64,000 nt of DNA from positions 67,232 to 131,231 of the forward strand of contig JAFRUZ010000002.1 in assembly GCA_017438635.1 (NCBI GenBank). Direction: 5' to 3'. The DNA is from Bacilli bacterium. GTDB lineage: Bacteria > Bacillota_I > Bacilli_A > RF39 > UBA660. Made by a program: the position numbers and the translations under genes. The notes under the pieces are model-generated. The model saw nothing but the letters and a program-made list of their open reading frames with translations, was not told where the DNA came from and made no database searches. This document shows, in pieces, positions 24,643 to 32,660 of the stretch; within the stretch, counting starts at the first letter, position 1; each line of letters opens with the position of its first letter.

Positions 24643-26177
24643 TATTCTACAACTCCCTCTATAAACTCATAAAGTTTCCTATCTTTTTTATATAATAATG
24701 TTGGGTTTTTATAATAATATTTAAGCCCCTCAGATAAATACTCTTGAGCATATTCCACGTTTGGTATATTATTTTTAAAAGCAAAAAGACTTTTATATAT
24801 TCTCGTTTGATATTGACTTACAAAATCATTACTATCTTTTAAAACCCAATATTTTGTTTTACTGGATCCTTTAACTTTCTTAAAGTCGTCTTTTGTATAT
24901 TTAGCAAACTTTTGAGTAATAAGTTTATTATAATCTTGTTGCTCTTGTTTTGTAAAGGTTGTTTGCAATTTATGTCCTAATTCGTGTATTAAAGTATACT
25001 CATTGGCATTTGCACCCAATACTATTTTATTCTTGCTACGATCAAAGTAACTATGTTTAATGGTGTTATCCCTTTTTAACTTAACACCTTTAGTTTTTTG
25101 TTGTAATTTATCAGAAGTAATAAGTCTTGTCCTATTTACTATAGTATTCATATCAGTTTTTAATGGATATTGAGTACCTTTTGAGTACACGACGTTATTT
25201 TTATACCAGTCTTTATAACTAATGTTATCAACTAATTCAGTTTTTCCTGTTATTGGGTTTCTAGCTCTACGTTGTATATTTTTTTCCTCTTCTTCCCCTA
25301 AATATGCTCTTGTTTTTGATCTACAATTTGGGTGTAGAGGTGGAAAATTAACACCCTCCTCACGTTTATCAAACTCAAATACCTTATTATCCATAAACTG
25401 ACATATTTCACTAGTCCTACTATCTAAAGTAGCAACAAATACATACTTTTTAAGACCTAATTCTTCAAAAGCCATAGCGTCAGCTTCATTATTAAAGTGA
25501 TTTGTCTCAGTTCTAATAAGTCGTTCAGCATAATACTTACCAACATTAAACCTATCTCTTATTTGTTTAGCGGTTAGTGTCATACTTTGACCACTTAGTA
25601 AACCGCCTCCAAGTATTTCACTTAAATTATTGGCTAATATATCAGTATTACCCCATATACGTTGGCTATAATTCTTACCACTCCAAGGATCCTTTAATAA
25701 TGCTTTTATCATATTATCGTCAACTGTAGAAAAATTAAAATCATATCCAGTACCTCTTTGTGTATCATACATTGTTTTATAATAACTGTTGTGTATTACA
25801 CCTTTGTAACACATTTGATTTACTAATTCTTCTTTTGGATATATTTGTTTTGCTTTAGCATATATTTGAGCTTGTATTTGTTCTAGTCGTGATATACGAG
25901 ATTTGTAATTGTCTTTAATATATTTATCTAGACCTTGGCGTTTCATTTCGTCCCAAGTCTTTTTTGTTTCGCTACGAGTAAGTAGTTCTTTCAATTTTTG
26001 AGTATCAAGACCTGTTTCATTAGAGTAGTTTCTATAAATACTCTCTAATTGCTTATCAATATCCTTTTGAGCTTGAGCATAAATAGCTTTTACTCTATTT
26101 ATATAAGCCTCGCTTATTTTTTCGGCTTCGGTTAATCGTCTTAACGCTCTTTTATCCCAGTAAGTCGATGTTTTCAT
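24642..26177 (-). CDS. MuF/SPP1 gp7-family head morphogenesis protein with a C-terminal HExxH (zincin-like) extension
   Basis: 511 aa. gp7/MuF core ending in NFPPLHPNCRSKT at about aa 290. An additional ~220 aa contain YTLIHELGHKLQ. Position is after the portal gene. Confidence 0.75.
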   Translation of the reverse strand: MKTSTYWDKRALRRLTEAEKISEAYINRVKAIYAQAQKDIDKQLESIYRNYSNETGLDTQKLKELLTRSETKKTWDEMKRQGLDKYIKDNYKSRISRLEQIQAQIYAKAKQIYPKEELVNQMCYKGVIHNSYYKTMYDTQRGTGYDFNFSTVDDNMIKALLKDPWSGKNYSQRIWGNTDILANNLSEILGGGLLSGQSMTLTAKQIRDRFNVGKYYAERLIRTETNHFNNEADAMAFEELGLKKYVFVATLDSRTSEICQFMDNKVFEFDKREEGVNFPPLHPNCRSKTRAYLGEEEEKNIQRRARNPITGKTELVDNISYKDWYKNNVVYSKGTQYPLKTDMNTIVNRTRLITSDKLQQKTKGVKLKRDNTIKHSYFDRSKNKIVLGANANEYTLIHELGHKLQTTFTKQEQQDYNKLITQKFAKYTKDDFKKVKGSSKTKYWVLKDSNDFVSQYQTRIYKSLFAFKNNIPNVEYAQEYLSEGLKYYYKNPTLLYKKDRKLYEFIEGVVE

Positions 26178-26190
26178 AAAACAACACCAC

Positions 26191-27600
26191 CTACTTTACA
26201 ACGTTATCAGTAACCACTTTATCACTTGTATTATTTTCTTCAAGATCCTCTTCAATATTAGCGTCCCCTATTTCATTGCTTTTAAAAGCGTCCTCATAAG
26301 GATCACTTGGCTTAGCTTCGTCCTCTTTTCTTTTTATTTCTACCTCTTCGCTAGCGTCTTTTACAAAGGATAATTGACTAACTAAAGTTTCAGCTGATAA
26401 CATATCACTTAAATTATTTATCATTTGTGATATTTCAAAATCATTACTTGGTAAATTACGTTTAAATACAGCGTCAACCTCTTCAATAGGTATCTCTTCC
26501 ATTTTTGATTTAGTAACTAAGAAATGATTATATAATTTAAAACGTTCCATTAGACCTTTTTCCATATAACGCTCTTTATTTTTAATATTTTGTTCAAACG
26601 CTAGTAATTTATACCTAATAGCAACACCACTTGAGTTACCAACAAAGTTTTCGTCGCTCATATTTGGCGTCATTGATATTTTATGTATATCTTTTTCTAG
26701 TGTTTGCCTTAATACATCAACATCATTTTCTTGTAATGTTTTAATTAGATATTCAGCCCTACCGTCAGCTGGAATATTAGCTAACATACGACTTGTTTTT
26801 AATTGTTCGGCTTGATCATCGTCAAAATCAAAACCATACATACAAAGAATAGCGTCAACTAATTGTTCTTTATCATTAACTCTATCACTTTGTAATAAGT
26901 TATATGCGTCTATTAAACTAATAACTGGCTCAAAATCTCCTAAAAACTCAGGGTTATTTTTATACTCAATAAATGGTACATCTCCAAAAGCGTGAGCTTC
27001 TTCTTTTGCTGTTTGAGTTAAACTCTTGCTTGTAGATTTGTATGTTCTTTTTACCTTATTGTCAGCGTATATGATTTCATAATGTTTAAAAGTTTCTCCC
27101 TCATAAATAGCCCTATAGTTAATACCAAATAGCTTTTTATGTTCTACAGTATCGTCATATACGATAATTGTATTTTCATTATCTACCTCACAACTACGAG
27201 GCTCAGCTTCCTCATTAGCATACACATACTCATATTGCAAACCATATATAGATACATCTTTAGCTATTTCAGTATCCAAGTCATTTATTGTTTGCTTTTT
27301 ATACGCGTCTAATAATGGCTGTATATCATAACTAGGCTCGCCGTTTTCGTTTGTTCCAACTTGATAATCTACTGGGTTACCAAGTAAATATCCTACATTG
27401 GTATCCGTGATATATTTAGCGTGATTTACCATTACTTTATTATTCATAAGTACCTCGTCTTTTTTACGCTCAAATATATCGTGTTTACCCATATAATAAT
27501 TACCTAAACGTTGATAACGTTTTTTATACTTTTCGTTATAATTTATAACATCATTGATTATCTTATTTGTTATTTTTGTATCTTTTGGTAATGTATACAT
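26191..27600 (-). CDS. portal protein (SPP1 gp6-like)
   Basis: 469 aa. Directly downstream of the large terminase. Acidic C-terminus. Size and order are typical. Confidence 0.85.
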   Translation of the reverse strand: MYTLPKDTKITNKIINDVINYNEKYKKRYQRLGNYYMGKHDIFERKKDEVLMNNKVMVNHAKYITDTNVGYLLGNPVDYQVGTNENGEPSYDIQPLLDAYKKQTINDLDTEIAKDVSIYGLQYEYVYANEEAEPRSCEVDNENTIIVYDDTVEHKKLFGINYRAIYEGETFKHYEIIYADNKVKRTYKSTSKSLTQTAKEEAHAFGDVPFIEYKNNPEFLGDFEPVISLIDAYNLLQSDRVNDKEQLVDAILCMYGFDFDDDQAEQLKTSRMLANIPADGRAEYLIKTLQENDVDVLRQTLEKDIHKISMTPNMSDENFVGNSSGVAIRYKLLAFEQNIKNKERYMEKGLMERFKLYNHFLVTKSKMEEIPIEEVDAVFKRNLPSNDFEISQMINNLSDMLSAETLVSQLSFVKDASEEVEIKRKEDEAKPSDPYEDAFKSNEIGDANIEEDLEENNTSDKVVTDNVVK

Positions 27601-27613
27601 ACCTTACACCTCC

Positions 27614-28840
27614 TTATAGTCCAATAGGTTTAACATAAACCTTTGGCGTTTTTGTTCCTTTTATATATTTGTTTAAACCATATCTAATAGCGTCTATAGT
27701 ATGATTAAACGTATCAACTGGCTCGTTAATATATTCTCCAGTCTTCTTATCTTTTTTCCACGTATAGTTTTCTAACTCCTCAATAACTTTATAACAACGT
27801 TCGTCTACTATTAACTCATATTGTTGTATCCATTGGATCCCGTGTATAATTGATCCTTTACCTTTTTCGGTAGGCTCTATATTTATACCTTTATCCTTTA
27901 TCTCGTCTATACTCTTACGTTCAGCACTATCGCCATAAGATTTATCTTTAGCAAGTCCTAGATCAAACATTGTTTCAGCTATCTCGTCGTTCTTCATACC
28001 TTTACGTACATATTCTCCAACTACATATATCTTTTTACTTATCGTATCTATATATCCCCAAACTAGAGCCGACGGATCATTGATATAACCAAAGTCTAGT
28101 CCTATCCAACGTTTTAAGCCCTCGGTTTCTTTTTTACTTATTATTTTTGTTGTATATGTACCAAAGACTAATTTATCTAGTGTAGCAAACTCGCCTAAAG
28201 TATATATACGATAATAAGCTGGGTTTCTATATTGCAACCGCTCAAGTTCATTTATATACTCAACACTTAAAAACTTGTTATCCTTATATGTAGTTTTAAT
28301 TACTTTTACATTTAGAGGTAACTCGCCAACAAAGAAATAGTTATATACCCAATTCTTTTTAGATATTGGGTTAAACATAAGATATATTTGAGGAAAATCT
28401 ACTAAAGCTCTAAGACGTAAATTAAGTTGTGTAAACTCGTCCTCAGTTAGTTCAGTTGCTTCCTCAACAACTATATCCGTTATACCGTCAATAGACTTAA
28501 TCTTTTCTTCGTCATCTAGTCCTTTAAATATAAAAATAGAGCCATTGGGTAGCTCTATCTCAAAATCACTACGATTTATACGACACTCGTCATAATAACC
28601 ACTGTTTCTTAAATGTGTTAAGAACAATGACCAAATAGAGTGTTTTATTGTACGTTGTATTTTTCTTATTACGAGTATTGTACGTTTATATTTTAAGGCT
28701 TTTAATAATACCTTTTGCGTGGCACCATAACTCTTACCACTACCAGCACCACCCACATACACCTCAATACGATGTGAATAGTCGCTTATATCTTTATAAA
28801 CCCACTCATTAAAAATAGCAGGGTTTAATCGTCTAGACAT
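27614..28840 (-). CDS. terL: terminase large subunit
   Basis: 408 aa. Walker A VGGAGSGKSYG. DIVVEEATE Walker B-like. C-terminal nuclease region with DTFNHTIDAIRY. Confidence 0.9.
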   Translation of the reverse strand: MSRRLNPAIFNEWVYKDISDYSHRIEVYVGGAGSGKSYGATQKVLLKALKYKRTILVIRKIQRTIKHSIWSLFLTHLRNSGYYDECRINRSDFEIELPNGSIFIFKGLDDEEKIKSIDGITDIVVEEATELTEDEFTQLNLRLRALVDFPQIYLMFNPISKKNWVYNYFFVGELPLNVKVIKTTYKDNKFLSVEYINELERLQYRNPAYYRIYTLGEFATLDKLVFGTYTTKIISKKETEGLKRWIGLDFGYINDPSALVWGYIDTISKKIYVVGEYVRKGMKNDEIAETMFDLGLAKDKSYGDSAERKSIDEIKDKGINIEPTEKGKGSIIHGIQWIQQYELIVDERCYKVIEELENYTWKKDKKTGEYINEPVDTFNHTIDAIRYGLNKYIKGTKTPKVYVKPIGL

Positions 28841-29246
28841 TATCCTCCTCGTCTATAAACCAGTCAGTATTAACTTTTTTAACCTCAACCTTTTCAATAA
28901 ACCCACCTTTAGCCTTAGCTAATAACTCACTAGCTTTTATTCTATCGGCGTCTTTATTACACTCGTTTTTAAACATCTCAGTCCAAAACTCAAATATTTC
29001 CTCAAGACTAGCTATAGTATCGTTTTTAATCTCTTTGGATAACTCTTGTCTTCTTTCATTTAATAGATCCTTAAACTTAAGACTATTTTGATAACCAATA
29101 GCTCTAAGATTATCATTACTACCACTATAACCAGCATTACGAGAGGCTGTAGTATAATCGTTACATTTTATATACTCGTCTATCCAACGCTCTTGTTTAG
29201 GAGTAAGTTTATCGCCTTTCTTATAAGGTTTATAATTTCTAGCCAT
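28833..29246 (-). CDS. terS: terminase small subunit
   Basis: 137 aa. LTPKQERWIDEYIKCNDYTTASRNAGYS is Terminase_2-like with an HTH. Overlaps the terL start. Confidence 0.8.
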   Translation of the reverse strand: MARNYKPYKKGDKLTPKQERWIDEYIKCNDYTTASRNAGYSGSNDNLRAIGYQNSLKFKDLLNERRQELSKEIKNDTIASLEEIFEFWTEMFKNECNKDADRIKASELLAKAKGGFIEKVEVKKVNTDWFIDEEDNV

Positions 29247-29265
29247 AAACTACCACCTCCTTATA

Positions 29266-29391
29266 TTATTTCTCTTTTTTAGTAGTTTTAACTGGCTGTT
29301 CTTCTTCAACCACTATTTGATATTTAGTACCAAATAAAGTGATAAATATTTTACCGTTTTTATCGGGTTTAACTTTTATAACATTAGTCAT
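29266..29391 (-). CDS. small hypothetical protein (41 aa)
   Basis: ATG at 29391 after GGAGGT: MTNVIKVKPDKNGKIFITLFGTKYQIVVEEEQPVKTTKKEK. The track's 79-aa version overlaps the glycosyltransferase 3' end. Confidence 0.4.
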   Translation of the reverse strand: MTNVIKVKPDKNGKIFITLFGTKYQIVVEEEQPVKTTKKEK

Positions 29392-29392
29392 A

Positions 29393-30535
29393 TTATTTAC
29401 CTCCTTTTTTCTTTGTAGTTGTTTTCTTTTTTGTTTCTTTTGGCTTGATTTCTTCAAGGACTTTAACATATACTCTATGATCTTTGTTTTCTCCGAGTAA
29501 AACATCTAGTCTTTGTTTAGTTACTGTAAATGTTTCTCCCTCTTTAGGTACATAACCTAACTCATTATCAGTTATGTTAAACTCCTCGTATGCTTTTAAT
29601 GCTTCAACTTTATATTTCATATTTAACTCCTCCTTATAAGTTGATTTCTCTTTTGTTAATAATTCGCCCCATATATCTTTTTTAGGCTCATATTCAAACT
29701 TAAACTTACCAGCTTTATCATATATTTCGTTTACATCTAAATTACTCATATCAAACTCAACTACTATACCGTTATCTTTAGTAACTCCCATTTCATTTAA
29801 TATAGGTAAATTAGTACATATAACTGGTACTCCCATATTTAAAGCTTCATACAACCCATAACAAAAGCCCTCAGTATCACTAAGTAAAACGAGATAATCA
29901 CTATTGGCTATATGACGTCTTATATCAAGTGTTGGCTCTCTATATATAACATTAGGACTATTTATAGTTAATTTATCATTACTAAATATTTCTAATTGAT
30001 AGAATAAACCGCTTTTGTCTAACTCCTTAACTAAATACTCTAAACGATTACCGCCTTTTTCACTTGTTAAACGTTGCGGAGCAATTAGTCTCAATAGTCT
30101 AGGCTGAGGATCTATAGTAATTGGGTTATATGCAACACCTATTTTTCTACCTGTTAGTTTTTCAAAACTCTTAGCATTATTTTTACTAACGCCATAATAA
30201 GTTTGTACTTTATCACTCAACATAGGTTTATACTTTGGATATAGTGATTTATCCAAAAAATCAGCGTGTACTATTTGTATGTATTCTTTAGCTTTTATAT
30301 TATCAATTATCTTAACTGAGTAATTAAAAAAGGCTTTATCACACTCAATAATCTCCCCATTATATTTAATACATCTAACATACTTTTTTAATCTTTTTAT
30401 TTGTTCAGGATCCCCGCCACTATAAATAATAGTTAGATCTCTATCACAGTATTTACGTGCTAACTCATACATAAACGTTTCTACACCACCGATAGCAACT
30501 AAATACTCTTGATAATACACATTACTGTATTTCAT
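29393..30535 (-). CDS. GT-B fold glycosyltransferase (GT4-like) with an extra C-terminal domain and Lys-rich tail
   Basis: 380 aa. AIGGVETFMYELA at the N-terminus. LLSDTEGFCYGLYEALNMGVPVICTN is the E-x7-E-type GT4 signature region. Tail KPKETKKKTTTKKKGGK. Confidence 0.7.
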   Translation of the reverse strand: MKYSNVYYQEYLVAIGGVETFMYELARKYCDRDLTIIYSGGDPEQIKRLKKYVRCIKYNGEIIECDKAFFNYSVKIIDNIKAKEYIQIVHADFLDKSLYPKYKPMLSDKVQTYYGVSKNNAKSFEKLTGRKIGVAYNPITIDPQPRLLRLIAPQRLTSEKGGNRLEYLVKELDKSGLFYQLEIFSNDKLTINSPNVIYREPTLDIRRHIANSDYLVLLSDTEGFCYGLYEALNMGVPVICTNLPILNEMGVTKDNGIVVEFDMSNLDVNEIYDKAGKFKFEYEPKKDIWGELLTKEKSTYKEELNMKYKVEALKAYEEFNITDNELGYVPKEGETFTVTKQRLDVLLGENKDHRVYVKVLEEIKPKETKKKTTTKKKGGK

Positions 30536-30551
30536 ATTACCTCCTTACATA

Positions 30552-30580
30552 ATAAAAAAGGACGCCACACAGGTATCCTT
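30552..30580 (-). terminator. rho-independent terminator between the early/regulatory block and the glycosyltransferase/packaging block
   Basis: Minus strand AAGGATACC-TGTGT-GGCGTCCTT (one mismatch, one wobble pair) followed by TTTTTATT. Confidence 0.45.
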
Positions 30581-30619
30581 TATTACACCATACACTTTAT
30601 CATATAAATTACTGTATTT

Positions 30620-31105
30620 TCACTGTATATTTGAAAACTTTTTTATTTTTTTAATGTATGATTTTATTTTTCTATAGTGATTTTTCCATATTGTTTGAGG
30701 CTCAACATCATTAACATTAGCTATATTTTCAACGGCTTTAGTTATTCTAACTCCTTTATATACTATTTCATAAAATAATTGATACTCAATACCAGTCATT
30801 TTACTTAGACTATCGGTCATAGTATCAAGATATGCTTGTAATGTATTTATATTTGCTTGTTCGTGAGTTATTTCTTCAGCTAGACTTTTACCTGTACCAA
30901 TATCTATTTCGTGTAGTTCGTGTACATAATCAGCCATTTTATCATTATTCTTAATACCACCCTCAACATTTATATCTTTTAGCTTCGGTGTAATAGGAAA
31001 ATACTTGCAATAAAGCTTCTCCTTTCTATCCATAAGAAGATTTAAACGAGTTTTAGCCATTTCAAGCTCACACTTAGTATTTGTATAGTTTCGTATAGCA
31101 TACAT
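30620..31105 (-). CDS. putative late-gene transcriptional regulator (sigma region-4-like / ArpU-RinA-like by position)
   Basis: 161 aa. Last gene before the packaging block. C-terminal IEYQLFYEIVYKGVRITKAVENIA looks HTH-like. Assignment is tentative. Confidence 0.3.
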   Translation of the reverse strand: MYAIRNYTNTKCELEMAKTRLNLLMDRKEKLYCKYFPITPKLKDINVEGGIKNNDKMADYVHELHEIDIGTGKSLAEEITHEQANINTLQAYLDTMTDSLSKMTGIEYQLFYEIVYKGVRITKAVENIANVNDVEPQTIWKNHYRKIKSYIKKIKKFSNIQ

Positions 31106-31644
31106 TACACAACCTCAAGATTATCCTCAACTATTTTAGTTAAGTACTTATTAGCTTTAGTTCTTGTTAAACCACTATGTTTTTGAAAATAAGCCCATAA
31201 AAAACTTTTAGCAATATCGTGAGCGTCTTCCTCAGCACGTTTAACAATAGTTTTAGTTCCGTCGCTCCAAAATAATATTGTAGCACCTTTGTTTATTATC
31301 CAGTGTTTTGGTAGTCTTAAATTATCACTATTACACATATATCTAAAACTATCCAAGATGTGATCGTTCATTTTATCTCCCTCCCTTATCATAAATCTAT
31401 ATGGTGGTAAAGTATTATCTATTTTTATAGTTAAACCAAATATCTTACCATTCTTATAATATACAAACTCAGGATAATATTGAGTATGACATATTTGTCT
31501 TCTTAATTGCCAATAGGTCATACTATTCATAAGTAAACAACAACCAACTGTATCGGCTCTAATTAACCAATTATCTACCATTTCTCTTAATTCTTCAACC
31601 AAGTGTTCAGTACAGTAAGGGTGTATTTGTTTTTGTAGTACCAT
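31105..31644 (-). CDS. hypothetical phage protein
   Basis: 179 aa from the ATG at 31644 (MVLQKQ...), 1 nt after the upstream stop, with GAGGG as RBS. C-terminal KGATILFWSDGTKTIVKRAEEDAHD is a motif common in small Firmicute phage proteins. Confidence 0.55.
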   Translation of the reverse strand: MVLQKQIHPYCTEHLVEELREMVDNWLIRADTVGCCLLMNSMTYWQLRRQICHTQYYPEFVYYKNGKIFGLTIKIDNTLPPYRFMIREGDKMNDHILDSFRYMCNSDNLRLPKHWIINKGATILFWSDGTKTIVKRAEEDAHDIAKSFLWAYFQKHSGLTRTKANKYLTKIVEDNLEVV

Positions 31645-31645
31645 T

Positions 31646-31840
31646 TTATTTACCCTCGTCATTTGTTTCAACATCTACCATACTTATAACATCGCCATTA
31701 ACCATTTTAGCTATTCGTTCCGCTCCCTCTTTTGTAAAACCTTTCATAATTTCTTTGGACAACACTATTTCACTTGTAAAACCACCAAAAGCTACCTCAA
31801 CATCTTTAATATAATAATTTCCAACTTTAATTACATACAT
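31646..31840 (-). CDS. hypothetical phage protein
   Basis: 64 aa ORF in the co-directional, overlapping small-gene block. Confidence 0.45.
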   Translation of the reverse strand: MYVIKVGNYYIKDVEVAFGGFTSEIVLSKEIMKGFTKEGAERIAKMVNGDVISMVDVETNDEGK

Positions 31841-32073
31841 AAATCTGATACCTCCTCGTTTATTATATTTCCTTTATTTCTTATTTCTTGTAAATATAAA
31901 TCAGTAAAGCAAGTCCTATACACAAATACGTTATTTTTGTACACGTTATATAATGTAAACCCGTGAGGATATTTTTTTACTTTTCTAAGATGTAATATCA
32001 CATAACGTCCCTGTACCTTTTTATATATCTTTATTCCTTTTTTAATCATTGTAATATTTAATAAACTCTTCAA
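31831..32073 (-). CDS. hypothetical phage protein
   Basis: 80 aa ORF, basic. The start may be the internal M (MIKKG...). Confidence 0.4.
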   Translation of the reverse strand: MKSLLNITMIKKGIKIYKKVQGRYVILHLRKVKKYPHGFTLYNVYKNNVFVYRTCFTDLYLQEIRNKGNIINEEVSDLCM

Positions 32074-32233
32074 CGAAAGGTTTTATTTGTTCATATAAGT
32101 TGTAATTATCTATTTTTAATTTATCCAAAAAAACATCAATATTTATAAACTTAGTAACTTTTTCTTCCAATTCCCCCAACACATCGCTCAAGCTTTCTAG
32201 CTCGTTTCTTAATTCAATTAACTTTTTTTCCAT
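32042..32233 (-). CDS. hypothetical phage protein (acidic, helical)
   Basis: 63 aa, MEKKLIELRNELESLSDVLGELEEKV. Confidence 0.45.
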   Translation of the reverse strand: MEKKLIELRNELESLSDVLGELEEKVTKFINIDVFLDKLKIDNYNLYEQIKPFVEEFIKYYND

Positions 32234-32401
32234 TTAGTCCTCCTCAATTTTAATTACGATCCAGCTATTATAGTTAGTTCGTTTTAAATATGTAGGAGAC
32301 ATATAAAACCCTATAGATTTTACTTTGACATTTATTAGTTTTGCTAAATATTCTTTTGTTCCTATATCAATAAACGTGTCTCCGTGATATAATGCGTACA
32401 T
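32234..32401 (-). CDS. hypothetical small phage protein (55 aa)
   Basis: Not in the track. Manual translation: MYALYHGDTFIDIGTKEYLAKLINVKVKSIGFYMSPTYLKRTNYNSWIVIKIEED. Abuts the next gene's start. Confidence 0.4.
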   Translation of the reverse strand: MYALYHGDTFIDIGTKEYLAKLINVKVKSIGFYMSPTYLKRTNYNSWIVIKIEED

Positions 32402-32414
32402 TTTTTCTCCTTTA

Positions 32415-32660
32415 CTAACGCTTTTTAAAAAATGCGTTAGGTTATTTTTTCTTTATTTTATAAAGGTTTGCGATTTTGCTCTAACGCATTAACGCATTTT
32501 TTGCTATATAACTTTTATTTTTTTTATATTTATTTATTTTTTTATATTTTTTAATTTATAATAGAAAATATCGTTAATGCGTTAGGCTTACTATTTTTTT
32601 CAGTATTTATAAGGGCTAGCAAGATAACGCTTTTTTTAAAAATGCGTTAAAATGCGTTAT
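32415..32660. promoter_or_regulatory. candidate phage replication origin: iterons plus an AT-rich unwinding tract
   Basis: Eight copies of the core GCGTTA/TAACGC (mostly as AATGCGTTA) at 32416, 32434, 32483, 32491, 32579, 32625, 32644 and 32654. A nearly pure A/T tract at about 32500-32570. Immediately downstream of the primase gene. Confidence 0.5.

Noticed and set aside
29266-29505. 79-aa track ORF overlapping the 3' end of the glycosyltransferase gene
   Set aside because: Its first half overlaps the glycosyltransferase in another frame and is Lys-rich shadow sequence. The internal ATG at 29391 has a good RBS, so I annotated only the 41-aa version, with low confidence.
32415-32660. Possibility that the AATGCGTTA repeats form a small CRISPR array
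   Set aside because: The repeat units are only 9 nt, occur in both orientations, have irregular and very short AT-rich spacing, and no cas genes are present. This fits iterons, not CRISPR.
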